From contig JBBQFN010000046.1 of assembly GCA_038321985.1 (NCBI GenBank), positions 1 through 38,908 on the forward strand: a stretch of 38,908 nt of DNA, read 5' to 3'. The stretch is from Cyanophyceae cyanobacterium. Lineage in GTDB: Bacteria > Cyanobacteriota > Cyanobacteriia > Cyanobacteriales > Laspinemataceae. Under the pieces are notes generated by a model that saw nothing but the letters and a program-made list of their open reading frames with translations, was not told the DNA's origin and ran no database searches. A program made the translations under genes and the position numbers. Below, piece by piece: positions 8,131-16,791 of this stretch (position 1 is its first letter; every line of letters starts with the position of its first letter).

Positions 8131-8567
8131 GGTGGGATTGATATGATTTATGGCTTGATTAGAGTATCACAACTTTTAAATTCAAAGCTGCTCAAATAGT
8201 GCTGATTTAGGCAATCTTCAAGCGGGTTTGGGGGTTGATTAGAGAGGAGGCCGCTCCTCTAATGGTATTGTTCTTTACCCAGGTAACAAGCTGTTTACTC
8301 TATTATAAAGCCCCCTAGGGTGCGGAAGGGGGGTAATTAGGGGGTAGGTCCTGGGTGGTTAGTGTAGGAACCCCCGATCGCCAGTTGTAGGAATTTCCAT
8401 AGTCATGCAGCTTCTTTATCGGTGTTTAGGTCATGTCTGGGAGGAAAGATGATAGACTGCGATCGCCTCTTGTTGACCCTCTCGAAAGATTGAGGGATTG
8501 GATTGGGTATAATTTACCTGCATTTCTGTCTTCTCCCCGGTCCCTCTTTACCCTTAATTCCTGATTG

Positions 8568-9515
8568 ATGAAACGACTGATTTCTCTAACGATTAGTTTA
8601 CTGATTCTGGCGGTTATCTACTGGAAAATTGATTTTTCTGGGCTGGTGGAGGTTTTTCAAAATTGCGATCGCCTGTGGATGGCGGTGAGTCTGGGGATGG
8701 TTGTCCCTCTGGTGGCGATTACCAGTTGGCGGTTACAGCAGCTTGCACCGGCGAGTTCGGGTTTGGATTTTCCCGAGGCAAATCGGTTGATTCTGGCTTC
8801 GAGTGTGTTAAATATGGTGTTGCCGTCAAAGATGGGGGATATTGCGAAGGCTTATTTTATGCGCGATCGCGGGCATTTGAGTGGTTCATTGGCGTTATCT
8901 CTGGTGGTGTTTGAGAAGGCTTGCGATATGCTCTCTCTGCTGTTGTGGTGCGTGTTTGGCTTGCTACTTTATCCGGCAAAAGATGCTATTTTCTGGGCGA
9001 TGACCGCAGGGGTTGCCGGTGGATTAATTGGGGGGATATTATTGTTAAGTTCTCCTCGGTTTGCTCGGGTTTGTTTTGGGGCAGCGTCCCAGGTTGCTCC
9101 CAAAAAACTTAAAATTAAGATTGACAAATTGCGCTTTTCCTGGGGAGAAATGCACGATTATTTTTGGGGCGATCGCCGTCGTTTGTTAACGGTTACTCTA
9201 ACTTCTATTTTTTTGTGGTTTTGCCATCTTTTACAGATTTGGTTTTTTATTCTAGCCTTAAATGCTTGGACTCCTTTTTTGGCTAATTTAGCTTTATCTC
9301 CTTTAGCAATCTTGGCGGGATTGATGCCGTTAACGTTTGCCGGGGTGGGAACCCGAGATGCGGCGTTAATTGTGTTTTATCAGCCCTATTTTGGGCAGGC
9401 AACCGGGGCGGCTTTGGGATTGCTTTGTACTTCACGTTATGTTCTTCCTGCAATTGCCGGTTTACCATTTTTGGAACGTTATTTATCCACCCTTCGCACC
9501 CAAAATCGGCAGTAA
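8568..9515 (+). CDS. Lysylphosphatidylglycerol-synthase TM / UPF0104 flippase-like membrane protein
   Basis: Multi-TM; NMVLPSKMGDIAKAY, VVFEKACD and PLTFAGVGTRDAA motifs. Confidence 0.85.
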   Translation: MKRLISLTISLLILAVIYWKIDFSGLVEVFQNCDRLWMAVSLGMVVPLVAITSWRLQQLAPASSGLDFPEANRLILASSVLNMVLPSKMGDIAKAYFMRDRGHLSGSLALSLVVFEKACDMLSLLLWCVFGLLLYPAKDAIFWAMTAGVAGGLIGGILLLSSPRFARVCFGAASQVAPKKLKIKIDKLRFSWGEMHDYFWGDRRRLLTVTLTSIFLWFCHLLQIWFFILALNAWTPFLANLALSPLAILAGLMPLTFAGVGTRDAALIVFYQPYFGQATGAALGLLCTSRYVLPAIAGLPFLERYLSTLRTQNRQ

Positions 9516-9516
9516 G

Positions 9517-9618
9517 TATAGCAATCTTGAATGATTGGTAACCAACTAGCGATCGCTGTGCGGCACTCCACAGGAATCAGGTTTAGGGCGATGACAGAAT
9601 TGATTGAGGACTGCTATA
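9517..9618. mobile_element. ~102-bp MITE-like element with TATAGCA terminal inverted repeats
   Basis: Left TATAGCAATCTTGAATGATT; reverse complement of right end TATAGCAGTCCTCAATCAAT; internal HIP1. Confidence 0.7.
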
Positions 9619-9745
9619 TCTAGGATTATTCTCGGGTAATTTTTAGAATTAAAATAGTCAAAGCACCTAATTTATGCTTATTAAAAATAGAAAGGCTATT
9701 TTTGAGTTTTGGAGTGCCAGCGAGACGCTTGCTAAACGATAAACT

Positions 9746-11458
9746 ATGAAAAACTTACAAAAATTCCTCACCACTCCTATTTTTAATCGATTTAGTCCCG
9801 TTGTTATCTTTTGGTTTAGTTTAAGCCTAACTTTTGCTGCCATTTACGGGGGAATGGTTCTGCAAAAGGCATTTAATGGGGATTATGTGGTGCAGGATGA
9901 TGCGAGGCAGCACGTCTTTTGGATGCAGCGATTTTTGGACCCCGAATTATTTCCTGGAGATTATATCGCGGATTATTTTCAATCCGTGGCACCGGCAGGA
10001 TATACGGCGGTTTATCGCGGTATGGCGGCGCTGGGAATTGAGCCATTATTGTTGAGTAAATTGTTGCCAGTCGCCCTGGCAATTATCACTACTATCTACT
10101 GTTTCGGATTGACGTTGCAGTTGTTTCCAGTGCCGTTGGCTGGATTTATTAGTAGCGTCTTGCTGAATCAAAGTTTATGGATGAAGTTTGATTTAGTTTC
10201 AGCGACTCCCCGCGCTTTTTTATATCCGCTGTTTGTGGGATTTCTCTATTATTTATCTCGGAATCAGTTAATCGGTAGTTGTCTAGCAGTCGCCTTGTTG
10301 GGACTGTTTTATCCCCAGTATGTTTTCATTGCTGCGGCTATGTTGGCATTGCGTCTGATTTCTTGGCAATTTCCTCGTGTTTCTCTGTCTCGAAATCGGC
10401 AAGATTATCTATTTTCGGGAATCGGATTAGCCGTGGCATTTGCGGTGATGTTGCCTTATGCGTTGAAAACGAGTGAATATGGGCCAGTTTTGACGGCTGC
10501 GGAAGCAGTTACTTCGCCGGAATTATGGCCGGGAGGACGGAATCCATTTTACCATGAAAACCCGTTTTATTTTTGGTTAATTGGAGAACGATCGGGCATT
10601 TTGCCTGCGCTGTTACCGCCGCTGATTTGGGTGGGAATTTTCTTACCCTGGGTTCGTCGCTTTCCCTCTCGATTCCCTTTAGTTTTGCACCTCTCCCCCG
10701 ATTTTTCTGTATTTAAAAACCTGATAGTAGCCAGTATTTTGATGTTTTTAGCTGCCCATGCTTTATTGTTTAAACTTCATTTACCCAGCCGCTATATTGA
10801 CCACAGTTTTAGGATTTTATTTGCGGGGGCAACGGGAATTTTGATTGTAATTTTGATAGATTGGGCATTGGGGAGTTTAGCTTCGTTTTCGTGGCAGCCT
10901 CAGCAGGTTGTTGCAGCAGGAATGACGTTGATTTTCACAGTTGCTTTGATTTTATATCCAAATTATACCCCTAGTTTTCCCCGCACAAATTATCGTCCGG
11001 GACCGTTGCCAGCTTTATATCAGTTTTTCCAACAGCAACCCAAGGATAGTTTAATTGCCTCTTTGACAGGAGAAGCCAATAATTTACCCACATTTGCTCA
11101 TCGGTCAATTTTAGTGGGACGGGAATATGCTATTCCCTATCATCGGGGATATTATCAGGAATTTAGTCAGCGGATGAAGGATGTAATTCGTGCTCAATAT
11201 AGCCAAAATTCAGAGTGGGTGCAAGAAGTGATTAAACAGTATGGAATAGATTTTTGGTTAATTGAACAATCGGCATTTGATCAGGAATATTTCGCTCGAA
11301 ATCCCTGGTTGCAACAGTATCAACCGGAGGCAGATCAGGCAGTCGCCTCGTTGGCGTCGGGAACCCTGCCTTGGGTTGCCAAGGCGATCGCCCGTTGTAC
11401 CGTATTTGAAACGGGAGATTTTACCGTACTCCAATCTCGGTGTATGATCAACGATTAA
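9746..11458 (+). CDS. Multi-pass membrane protein, predicted GT-C glycosyltransferase (paralog 1)
   Basis: TM1 followed by VVQDDARQHVFWMQRF; SATP, LGLFYPQ, YGPV, LHLPSRY; ~11-13 TM segments plus soluble C-terminal domain (YGIDFWLIE). Confidence 0.65.
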   Translation: MKNLQKFLTTPIFNRFSPVVIFWFSLSLTFAAIYGGMVLQKAFNGDYVVQDDARQHVFWMQRFLDPELFPGDYIADYFQSVAPAGYTAVYRGMAALGIEPLLLSKLLPVALAIITTIYCFGLTLQLFPVPLAGFISSVLLNQSLWMKFDLVSATPRAFLYPLFVGFLYYLSRNQLIGSCLAVALLGLFYPQYVFIAAAMLALRLISWQFPRVSLSRNRQDYLFSGIGLAVAFAVMLPYALKTSEYGPVLTAAEAVTSPELWPGGRNPFYHENPFYFWLIGERSGILPALLPPLIWVGIFLPWVRRFPSRFPLVLHLSPDFSVFKNLIVASILMFLAAHALLFKLHLPSRYIDHSFRILFAGATGILIVILIDWALGSLASFSWQPQQVVAAGMTLIFTVALILYPNYTPSFPRTNYRPGPLPALYQFFQQQPKDSLIASLTGEANNLPTFAHRSILVGREYAIPYHRGYYQEFSQRMKDVIRAQYSQNSEWVQEVIKQYGIDFWLIEQSAFDQEYFARNPWLQQYQPEADQAVASLASGTLPWVAKAIARCTVFETGDFTVLQSRCMIND

Positions 11459-11526
11459 GGTAGCATGGTCTGCCCCCTTTAGACCCGTTAATTCTGTGTC
11501 ATTCCCCAAACCCTGAGCTATTGTAT

Positions 11527-13254
11527 ATGTCAATTCCCAATGTCCATCGATTTCTGACAGGTTCTGCGGAAAAGTCCCCGAAATCAACGGTTATCTTTTG
11601 GCTGAGTTTAACGTTAACCTTTGCTGCTATTTATGGGAGTCTAGTTTTACATCTGGCATTTATTAGCGACTATGTAGTGCAAGATGATGCAAGGCAGCAC
11701 GTTTTTTGGATGCAGCGGTTTGTTGATCCAGGATTATTTCCAAATGATTGGATTGCGGATTACTTTCAATCCGTTGCACCGGCAGGATATACTGCCCTTT
11801 ATTGGCTGATCGCTAAGCTAGGAATTGATCCCCTGCTGCTGCATAAACTTCTGCCACCTTTACTGGGATTAATTACTACAGCTTTCTGTTTTGGCGTGAC
11901 GATGGAACTGTTGTCGGTACCAGTCGCCGGATTTATCAGTGGGTTATTGCTGAATCACTATATCTGGATGCGGGATGATGTGGTGTCGGCAACTCCGGTG
12001 GCGTTTGTTTATCCCCTGTTTACAGCATTTCTATATTATTTATTGCGCCGACACCTCTGGGGAACTGGGATAGCAGTCGCTTTAATGGGATTATTTTATC
12101 CCCAATGTCTGTTAGTTGCAGTCGGGGTTTTAATATTACAATTTTTGCGAGTTTCTCGCTGGCGTCCCCATCTCAGGCAACATCGAGATATTTATCGATT
12201 TTACGGGAGTTTATTCGGCATTGCAGCAATTGTTATTATCGCCTATGCGCTAAAATCAAATGATTATGGCCCGGTGATTACGGCGGCTGAAGCTAAGACT
12301 TTGCCAGAGTTTTTAACGAAGGGCAAAAGCGAGTTTTTTAGCGGGGATGTGGGCCATTATTGGTTTACGGGACAACGGAGTGGAATGATGCCTCGGTTTG
12401 GGATTATTTCACCCCTTATTTTAGGAGTGATTTTGCCGATTTTACTCCGATTTCGTCGAATTTTTCCCTTGTCCCTGCATATTAAACAGGCGGCAATTCT
12501 GGGAGACGTTATTCTGGCATCATTAGGGATGTTTTTTCTGTCCCATCTGTTTTTATTTGATTTGCATTTACCCAGTCGCTACACTGAACATACCTTCCGG
12601 ATTGTTAGTGCGATCGCTGCTGGAATCACGGTAGCGCTGATTATGGATGCGCTGCTGTGTTGGGGGGAAAAAATTAATTTCCCCAGGGTGAGTCGGATGG
12701 TTTGTGGCTTAATTTTAATCGCCCTTGTTTTAGAACCCGCTAGTTTAACTCGATTCCCTCGAACCGATTACCAATTCGGTCATTTTCCCGCTTTATATAA
12801 GTTTTTTGCCCAGCAACCTAAAGATATTATGATCGCCTCGATTACGGACGAAGTAAATAATATCCCCTCGTTTAGTCAGCGCTCAATTCTGACCGGCAAT
12901 GAAGGATATGGCGTGCCGTATCATGAAGGTTACTATGGAGAAATCCGGGAAAGGGGTATCGATTTAATTCAGGCACATTATAGCCCCGATTTAGCCGAAG
13001 TTGAGCAGTTTATCACCGAATATGGTATCGATTTTTGGTTGATTGAGGATGGCATATTTACCGCCCCCTATGTGAGGACCGATCGCTGGTTGATGCAACA
13101 TCAACCGGATACCAATCAGGTGCTAGCCCAACTCGATCAGGGAGTCACTCCGGCTTTAGCAACCGTTAGCGATCGCTGTACTGTACTTCGCCTAGGGACA
13201 TTAGCTGTCTTAGATTCTGCGTGCATTCTCACTATTGATACACCTCCAGTATGA
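11527..13254 (+). CDS. Multi-pass membrane protein, predicted GT-C glycosyltransferase (paralog 2)
   Basis: Same motifs: VVQDDARQHVFWMQRF, SATP, MGLFYPQ, LHLPSRY, YGIDFWLIE; ATG 11527 (TTG 11521 alternative). Confidence 0.65.
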   Translation: MSIPNVHRFLTGSAEKSPKSTVIFWLSLTLTFAAIYGSLVLHLAFISDYVVQDDARQHVFWMQRFVDPGLFPNDWIADYFQSVAPAGYTALYWLIAKLGIDPLLLHKLLPPLLGLITTAFCFGVTMELLSVPVAGFISGLLLNHYIWMRDDVVSATPVAFVYPLFTAFLYYLLRRHLWGTGIAVALMGLFYPQCLLVAVGVLILQFLRVSRWRPHLRQHRDIYRFYGSLFGIAAIVIIAYALKSNDYGPVITAAEAKTLPEFLTKGKSEFFSGDVGHYWFTGQRSGMMPRFGIISPLILGVILPILLRFRRIFPLSLHIKQAAILGDVILASLGMFFLSHLFLFDLHLPSRYTEHTFRIVSAIAAGITVALIMDALLCWGEKINFPRVSRMVCGLILIALVLEPASLTRFPRTDYQFGHFPALYKFFAQQPKDIMIASITDEVNNIPSFSQRSILTGNEGYGVPYHEGYYGEIRERGIDLIQAHYSPDLAEVEQFITEYGIDFWLIEDGIFTAPYVRTDRWLMQHQPDTNQVLAQLDQGVTPALATVSDRCTVLRLGTLAVLDSACILTIDTPPV

Positions 13255-14984
13255 TCCCCCCCCAATTTCTCGGACTTCTCTCAACCCCCTCTCGTCAATG
13301 GCAGATATTTTGGTTGGTTTCAGCGCTCTGTGTGGCGGCAATCTATGCAACTTTTGGGTTGAAAATTGCGTTATCTCATGCCTATGTCATTCAAGATGAC
13401 GCAAGGCAGCACATCTTTTGGATGCAACGGTTTTTAGATTCAGACTTGTTCCCCCAGGATGTGATGGCGGATTACTTTGAATCCGTCGCTCCTGTGGGAT
13501 ATACCACCCTATATCAGATAGCGGCAAAACTGGGAATTGATCCGTTGTTATTCAACAAAGTTCTACCCTTAATTTTAGCCCTTCTCGCCACTTTCTACTG
13601 TTTTCAGGGGGTGATGGCGCTTTTTCCAGTCCCGTTTGCTGGGTTTGTTGCCTGCTTGCTACTCAATCAAAATTTTTGGTTGCAAGATGATATCCCTTCT
13701 GCCACCCCGGTTGCCTTTGCCTATCCCTTATTTTTGGCCTTTTTGTATTATTTTATCCGTCAAAATATCATTTTAACTGGAGTAACCATCGCCCTATTAG
13801 GACTCTTTTATCCGCAATGCGTTTTTCTGGCATCAGGGCTTTTAGTGTTTCACTGTTGGTCCTGGAATAATCGCCGTATTTCTCTTTCTCAAAACCGCCA
13901 AAACTATTTATTATCGGGAACTGGCTTGGCGGTTGCCCTAATAGTGATGTTACCTTATGCATTGAAATCTTCGGAATATGGTCCCGTCTTAAGCGCAGTT
14001 GAAGCCAAAACTTTATGGCCCAGTTTTTTTATTGATAATCCCTGGGAATATTGGCTCTGTTGGCGACGTACTGGGATTTTCCCGAGTGAATGGTGCGAAC
14101 TTTCATTCAGTTTGCCGCAAATTTGGTTAGGGATTTTGTTGCCCATTCTCCTGCTATTTCCCCCCCGCTTTCCCCTCAGTCAAAGAATTAGTCCCCGCCT
14201 TATTATTTTCCCTCAATTGTTGTTAGTCTCGCTAACGATGTTTTTAGCCGCTCATGCTCTATTATTTAAGCTGCATCTTCCCAGCCGATATACAGAACAT
14301 AGTCTGAGACTCATGATGCCGATCGCAGCGGCGATCGCCGTGAGTTTAATATTAGAGCGGATTTTTCAAAACCTGGCGGATGCTAAGGCAATAAACACCC
14401 GATTGATCTGGGGAATAACTGCTACGGTGTTCGTGACAATTTTGCTAATTTATCCGATTCTTCTGAGAAAATTTCCGGATGTTGATTACAAAATTGGCAA
14501 ATTTCCGTCCCTGTATGAATTTGTATCCACTCAGCCGAAAGATACTTTAATTGCTGGAATTGCCGAAGAAACCGATAATCTACCCGCCTTTACCAATCGT
14601 TCTATCTTGGTCAGTCCTAGCTATGTAATTGGATATCATTACGCCTATTACCAAGAACTCAATCAACGGGCGATCGCACTCTTGACGGCTCAATATAGTG
14701 AAAAATTGGATGATGTGAAACAGGTGATTCTAAAGTATGGGATTGATTTATGGATTGTAGAACGCTCGGCATTTACGCCGGAGTATTTAGATAAAAGCCC
14801 CTGGCTGCGTCGCTTTCAACTTACCGAAACTCAACCGCTTTTTAAAGCTGCCAAAAGTGCTAAGGCAGCATTACAAAGGGGAAAAGTTCCGGCATTAGTG
14901 AGCGCGATCGCCCCTTGTACGATTTTTGAAGCAGGCGATTTCGTGGTACTCCAGGGGGAATGTTTAACCAACCTTAGGCCTTAG
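13251..14984 (+). CDS. Multi-pass membrane protein, predicted GT-C glycosyltransferase (paralog 3)
   Basis: VIQDDARQHIFWMQRF, SATP, LGLFYPQ, LHLPSRY, YGIDLWIVE; ATGA overlap with paralog 2. Confidence 0.65.
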   Translation: MIPPQFLGLLSTPSRQWQIFWLVSALCVAAIYATFGLKIALSHAYVIQDDARQHIFWMQRFLDSDLFPQDVMADYFESVAPVGYTTLYQIAAKLGIDPLLFNKVLPLILALLATFYCFQGVMALFPVPFAGFVACLLLNQNFWLQDDIPSATPVAFAYPLFLAFLYYFIRQNIILTGVTIALLGLFYPQCVFLASGLLVFHCWSWNNRRISLSQNRQNYLLSGTGLAVALIVMLPYALKSSEYGPVLSAVEAKTLWPSFFIDNPWEYWLCWRRTGIFPSEWCELSFSLPQIWLGILLPILLLFPPRFPLSQRISPRLIIFPQLLLVSLTMFLAAHALLFKLHLPSRYTEHSLRLMMPIAAAIAVSLILERIFQNLADAKAINTRLIWGITATVFVTILLIYPILLRKFPDVDYKIGKFPSLYEFVSTQPKDTLIAGIAEETDNLPAFTNRSILVSPSYVIGYHYAYYQELNQRAIALLTAQYSEKLDDVKQVILKYGIDLWIVERSAFTPEYLDKSPWLRRFQLTETQPLFKAAKSAKAALQRGKVPALVSAIAPCTIFEAGDFVVLQGECLTNLRP

Positions 14985-15019
14985 CGATCGCACCCTATTT
15001 AAGAGATCGCTGCATTATT

Positions 15020-15781
15020 TTATTTTTTACCTTTTCCCGAGGGAAACTGATCAATCTGTGCTGAACCATAAAACACGATCTCCTGGTTCTGAATTCGCAT
15101 CCGATCGACCCGTAATTGGCTTCCCTCTAAGGCAAATTTATCCAAATCTAGCAGGTTGTTGACGTGGGAAATTAATGCCTTTCCTAGGTCAATAGCCTTT
15201 TCGTCTCCGCCATAGTTCACCTCGATAAATTGGATTTTTCTACGGTCTTCGACCTCGACGCTGGCGGTCATATCCAGATCGATCGCCGTGTCCGAGTTGC
15301 CTAGACTCACTTCTGAAAGGATTTGAATTCTTTTATCGGAGGTAAGGTTAACCTGGGTTTGGTGAAAGTTCAAGGATTCACCTTCATACTGTAATCGCTG
15401 GAGTTTTTCGACTACAAAGGGTGTATTAAATGAGCTGGTCAAGTCTCCCTCAGTTAAAACCACTCTCAGATTGGCGCTGGTGGGTCGCCGTAACTGGACT
15501 TGACCTGCAAAAATTGCGCCAATATCAATGGCGACAGCTTGCAAGTACAACTCCATGTTTTCGATTCGCAGGCCATTATACATCAGCATTCCCTTGCCAA
15601 TGAAGTCAAAGCCATCCACGCTGCCCTGCAACAGCTTTGTTACGGGTTCTGCTCGGACATTGGCTTCAACTTTTTCGGATTTCTTGAACAACGCAGCGAT
15701 CGCCGCTCCCGCTACTTTACTAACGAGGGCATCGCCACTTTGATTTTGAAACGGTTTACTGCCAAACAATGAGGATACCAT
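15020..15781 (-). CDS. DUF2993 (LmeA-like) family protein
   Basis: KLLQGSVDGFDFIG and LTEGDLTSSFNTPFV motifs. Confidence 0.75.
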   Translation of the reverse strand: MVSSLFGSKPFQNQSGDALVSKVAGAAIAALFKKSEKVEANVRAEPVTKLLQGSVDGFDFIGKGMLMYNGLRIENMELYLQAVAIDIGAIFAGQVQLRRPTSANLRVVLTEGDLTSSFNTPFVVEKLQRLQYEGESLNFHQTQVNLTSDKRIQILSEVSLGNSDTAIDLDMTASVEVEDRRKIQFIEVNYGGDEKAIDLGKALISHVNNLLDLDKFALEGSQLRVDRMRIQNQEIVFYGSAQIDQFPSGKGKK

Positions 15782-15807
15782 TTTTTTGCAGGTTTGTTTA
15801 CCGCTCC

Positions 15808-15835
15808 ATTATAACGGTTCATTACAAAATGTAAA
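15808..15835 (-). promoter_or_regulatory. Sigma70-type promoter for the DUF2993 gene
   Basis: Minus strand TTTACA-16 nt-TATAAT; TTACA-N3-TGTAA palindrome overlaps the -35 box. Confidence 0.55.
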
Positions 15836-16109
15836 CTTTTGTGATGGTTATGGACACCATAAGGAAAATTAGGGGTAAGAGCAGCAAAGAGGGGGCGAAA
15901 GAGGGCGCTGACCTGGACAAATTCTCAGGGAACCCCAGCCTGAAATTTAGACCCTCTATGGCTTTAGGCCTTTTAATTTCTCGGATACTCCTCCCCTTGC
16001 CCAGGGGCGAAAAGCATGGGTCCTTGACCCGAACCGGGGCAGAATGAACTCTAAAAATCTATCCATGTAAGGAGAAAAAGCAGCAAAACTCCAGTAGATC
16101 CTTTATCAT

Positions 16110-16712
16110 TTATCCTTCTTTTGGCTGAATTGCCAAAGGTGTCCCTTCTACGCAAGCCCCATCAAGCCTGACCCCCAGCCATTGAGTATGCTCCATAGTG
16201 GCACAGAGCAAATTGGCCCCCGTTAAATTAGCCCCGCAGAAGATGGCTTGATTGAGATTCGCTTCTTCTAAGTCAGCCGAGGATAAGTCGGCACCCGAAA
16301 GGTTGGCTGAGCTGAGTTCAGCTCCTTGCAGGATGGCGCGATTAAGGATGGCACCGCGCAAATCTGCACCGCGCAAGTCTATCCCGCTCAGATTCAATTG
16401 GCTACAGATAGATCCAGCCAGAAATGCACCGGCAAAGCTGGCATCGCGCAGGTTGGCATCGACTAAAATTGCCCCGCGCAAATCTGCATTTCGACAATCT
16501 GCCCCGGATAAGACTGCGCCGGTGAGGTCGGCACCCCGTAAATTAGCTCGCAGTTGCGCCCCGCGCAGGTTCGCACCGGCCAGATTAGCCCCGGTTAAGT
16601 TGGCCCCTTGCAAATTAGCACCGGCCAAATCGGCCCCGCTTAAGTCGGCACCCGGGAGATAAGCATCCCGCAATTCTTTAATTTTTCCGTGTCGAATAGC
16701 TTGTAAATCCAT
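16110..16712 (-). CDS. Pentapeptide repeat protein
   Basis: Continuous A(D/N)LxG repeats; likely start MDLQAIR at 16712. Confidence 0.93.
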   Translation of the reverse strand: MDLQAIRHGKIKELRDAYLPGADLSGADLAGANLQGANLTGANLAGANLRGAQLRANLRGADLTGAVLSGADCRNADLRGAILVDANLRDASFAGAFLAGSICSQLNLSGIDLRGADLRGAILNRAILQGAELSSANLSGADLSSADLEEANLNQAIFCGANLTGANLLCATMEHTQWLGVRLDGACVEGTPLAIQPKEG

Positions 16713-16720
16713 GAAAGTTA

Positions 16721-16770
16721 GGTGGATGGGTGGATGGAGAGATGGGTGCATGGAGAGATGGGGGAGATAG
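16721..16770. repeat. Degenerate 8-bp tandem repeats (GGATGGGT/GGAGAGAT)
   Basis: GGTGGATGGGTGGATGGAGAGATGGGTGCATGGAGAGATGGGGGAGAT. Confidence 0.55.
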
Positions 16771-16791
16771 AAACGAGAGCCACTCCCATCA

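Noticed and set aside
16252..16662. 136-aa basic ORF (SAPRK repeats)
   Set aside because: Antisense shadow of the pentapeptide repeats
16713..16751. N-terminal extension MHPSLHPPIHLTF of the pentapeptide ORF
   Set aside because: Derived from intergenic 8-bp repeats; ATG 16712 is the more plausible start
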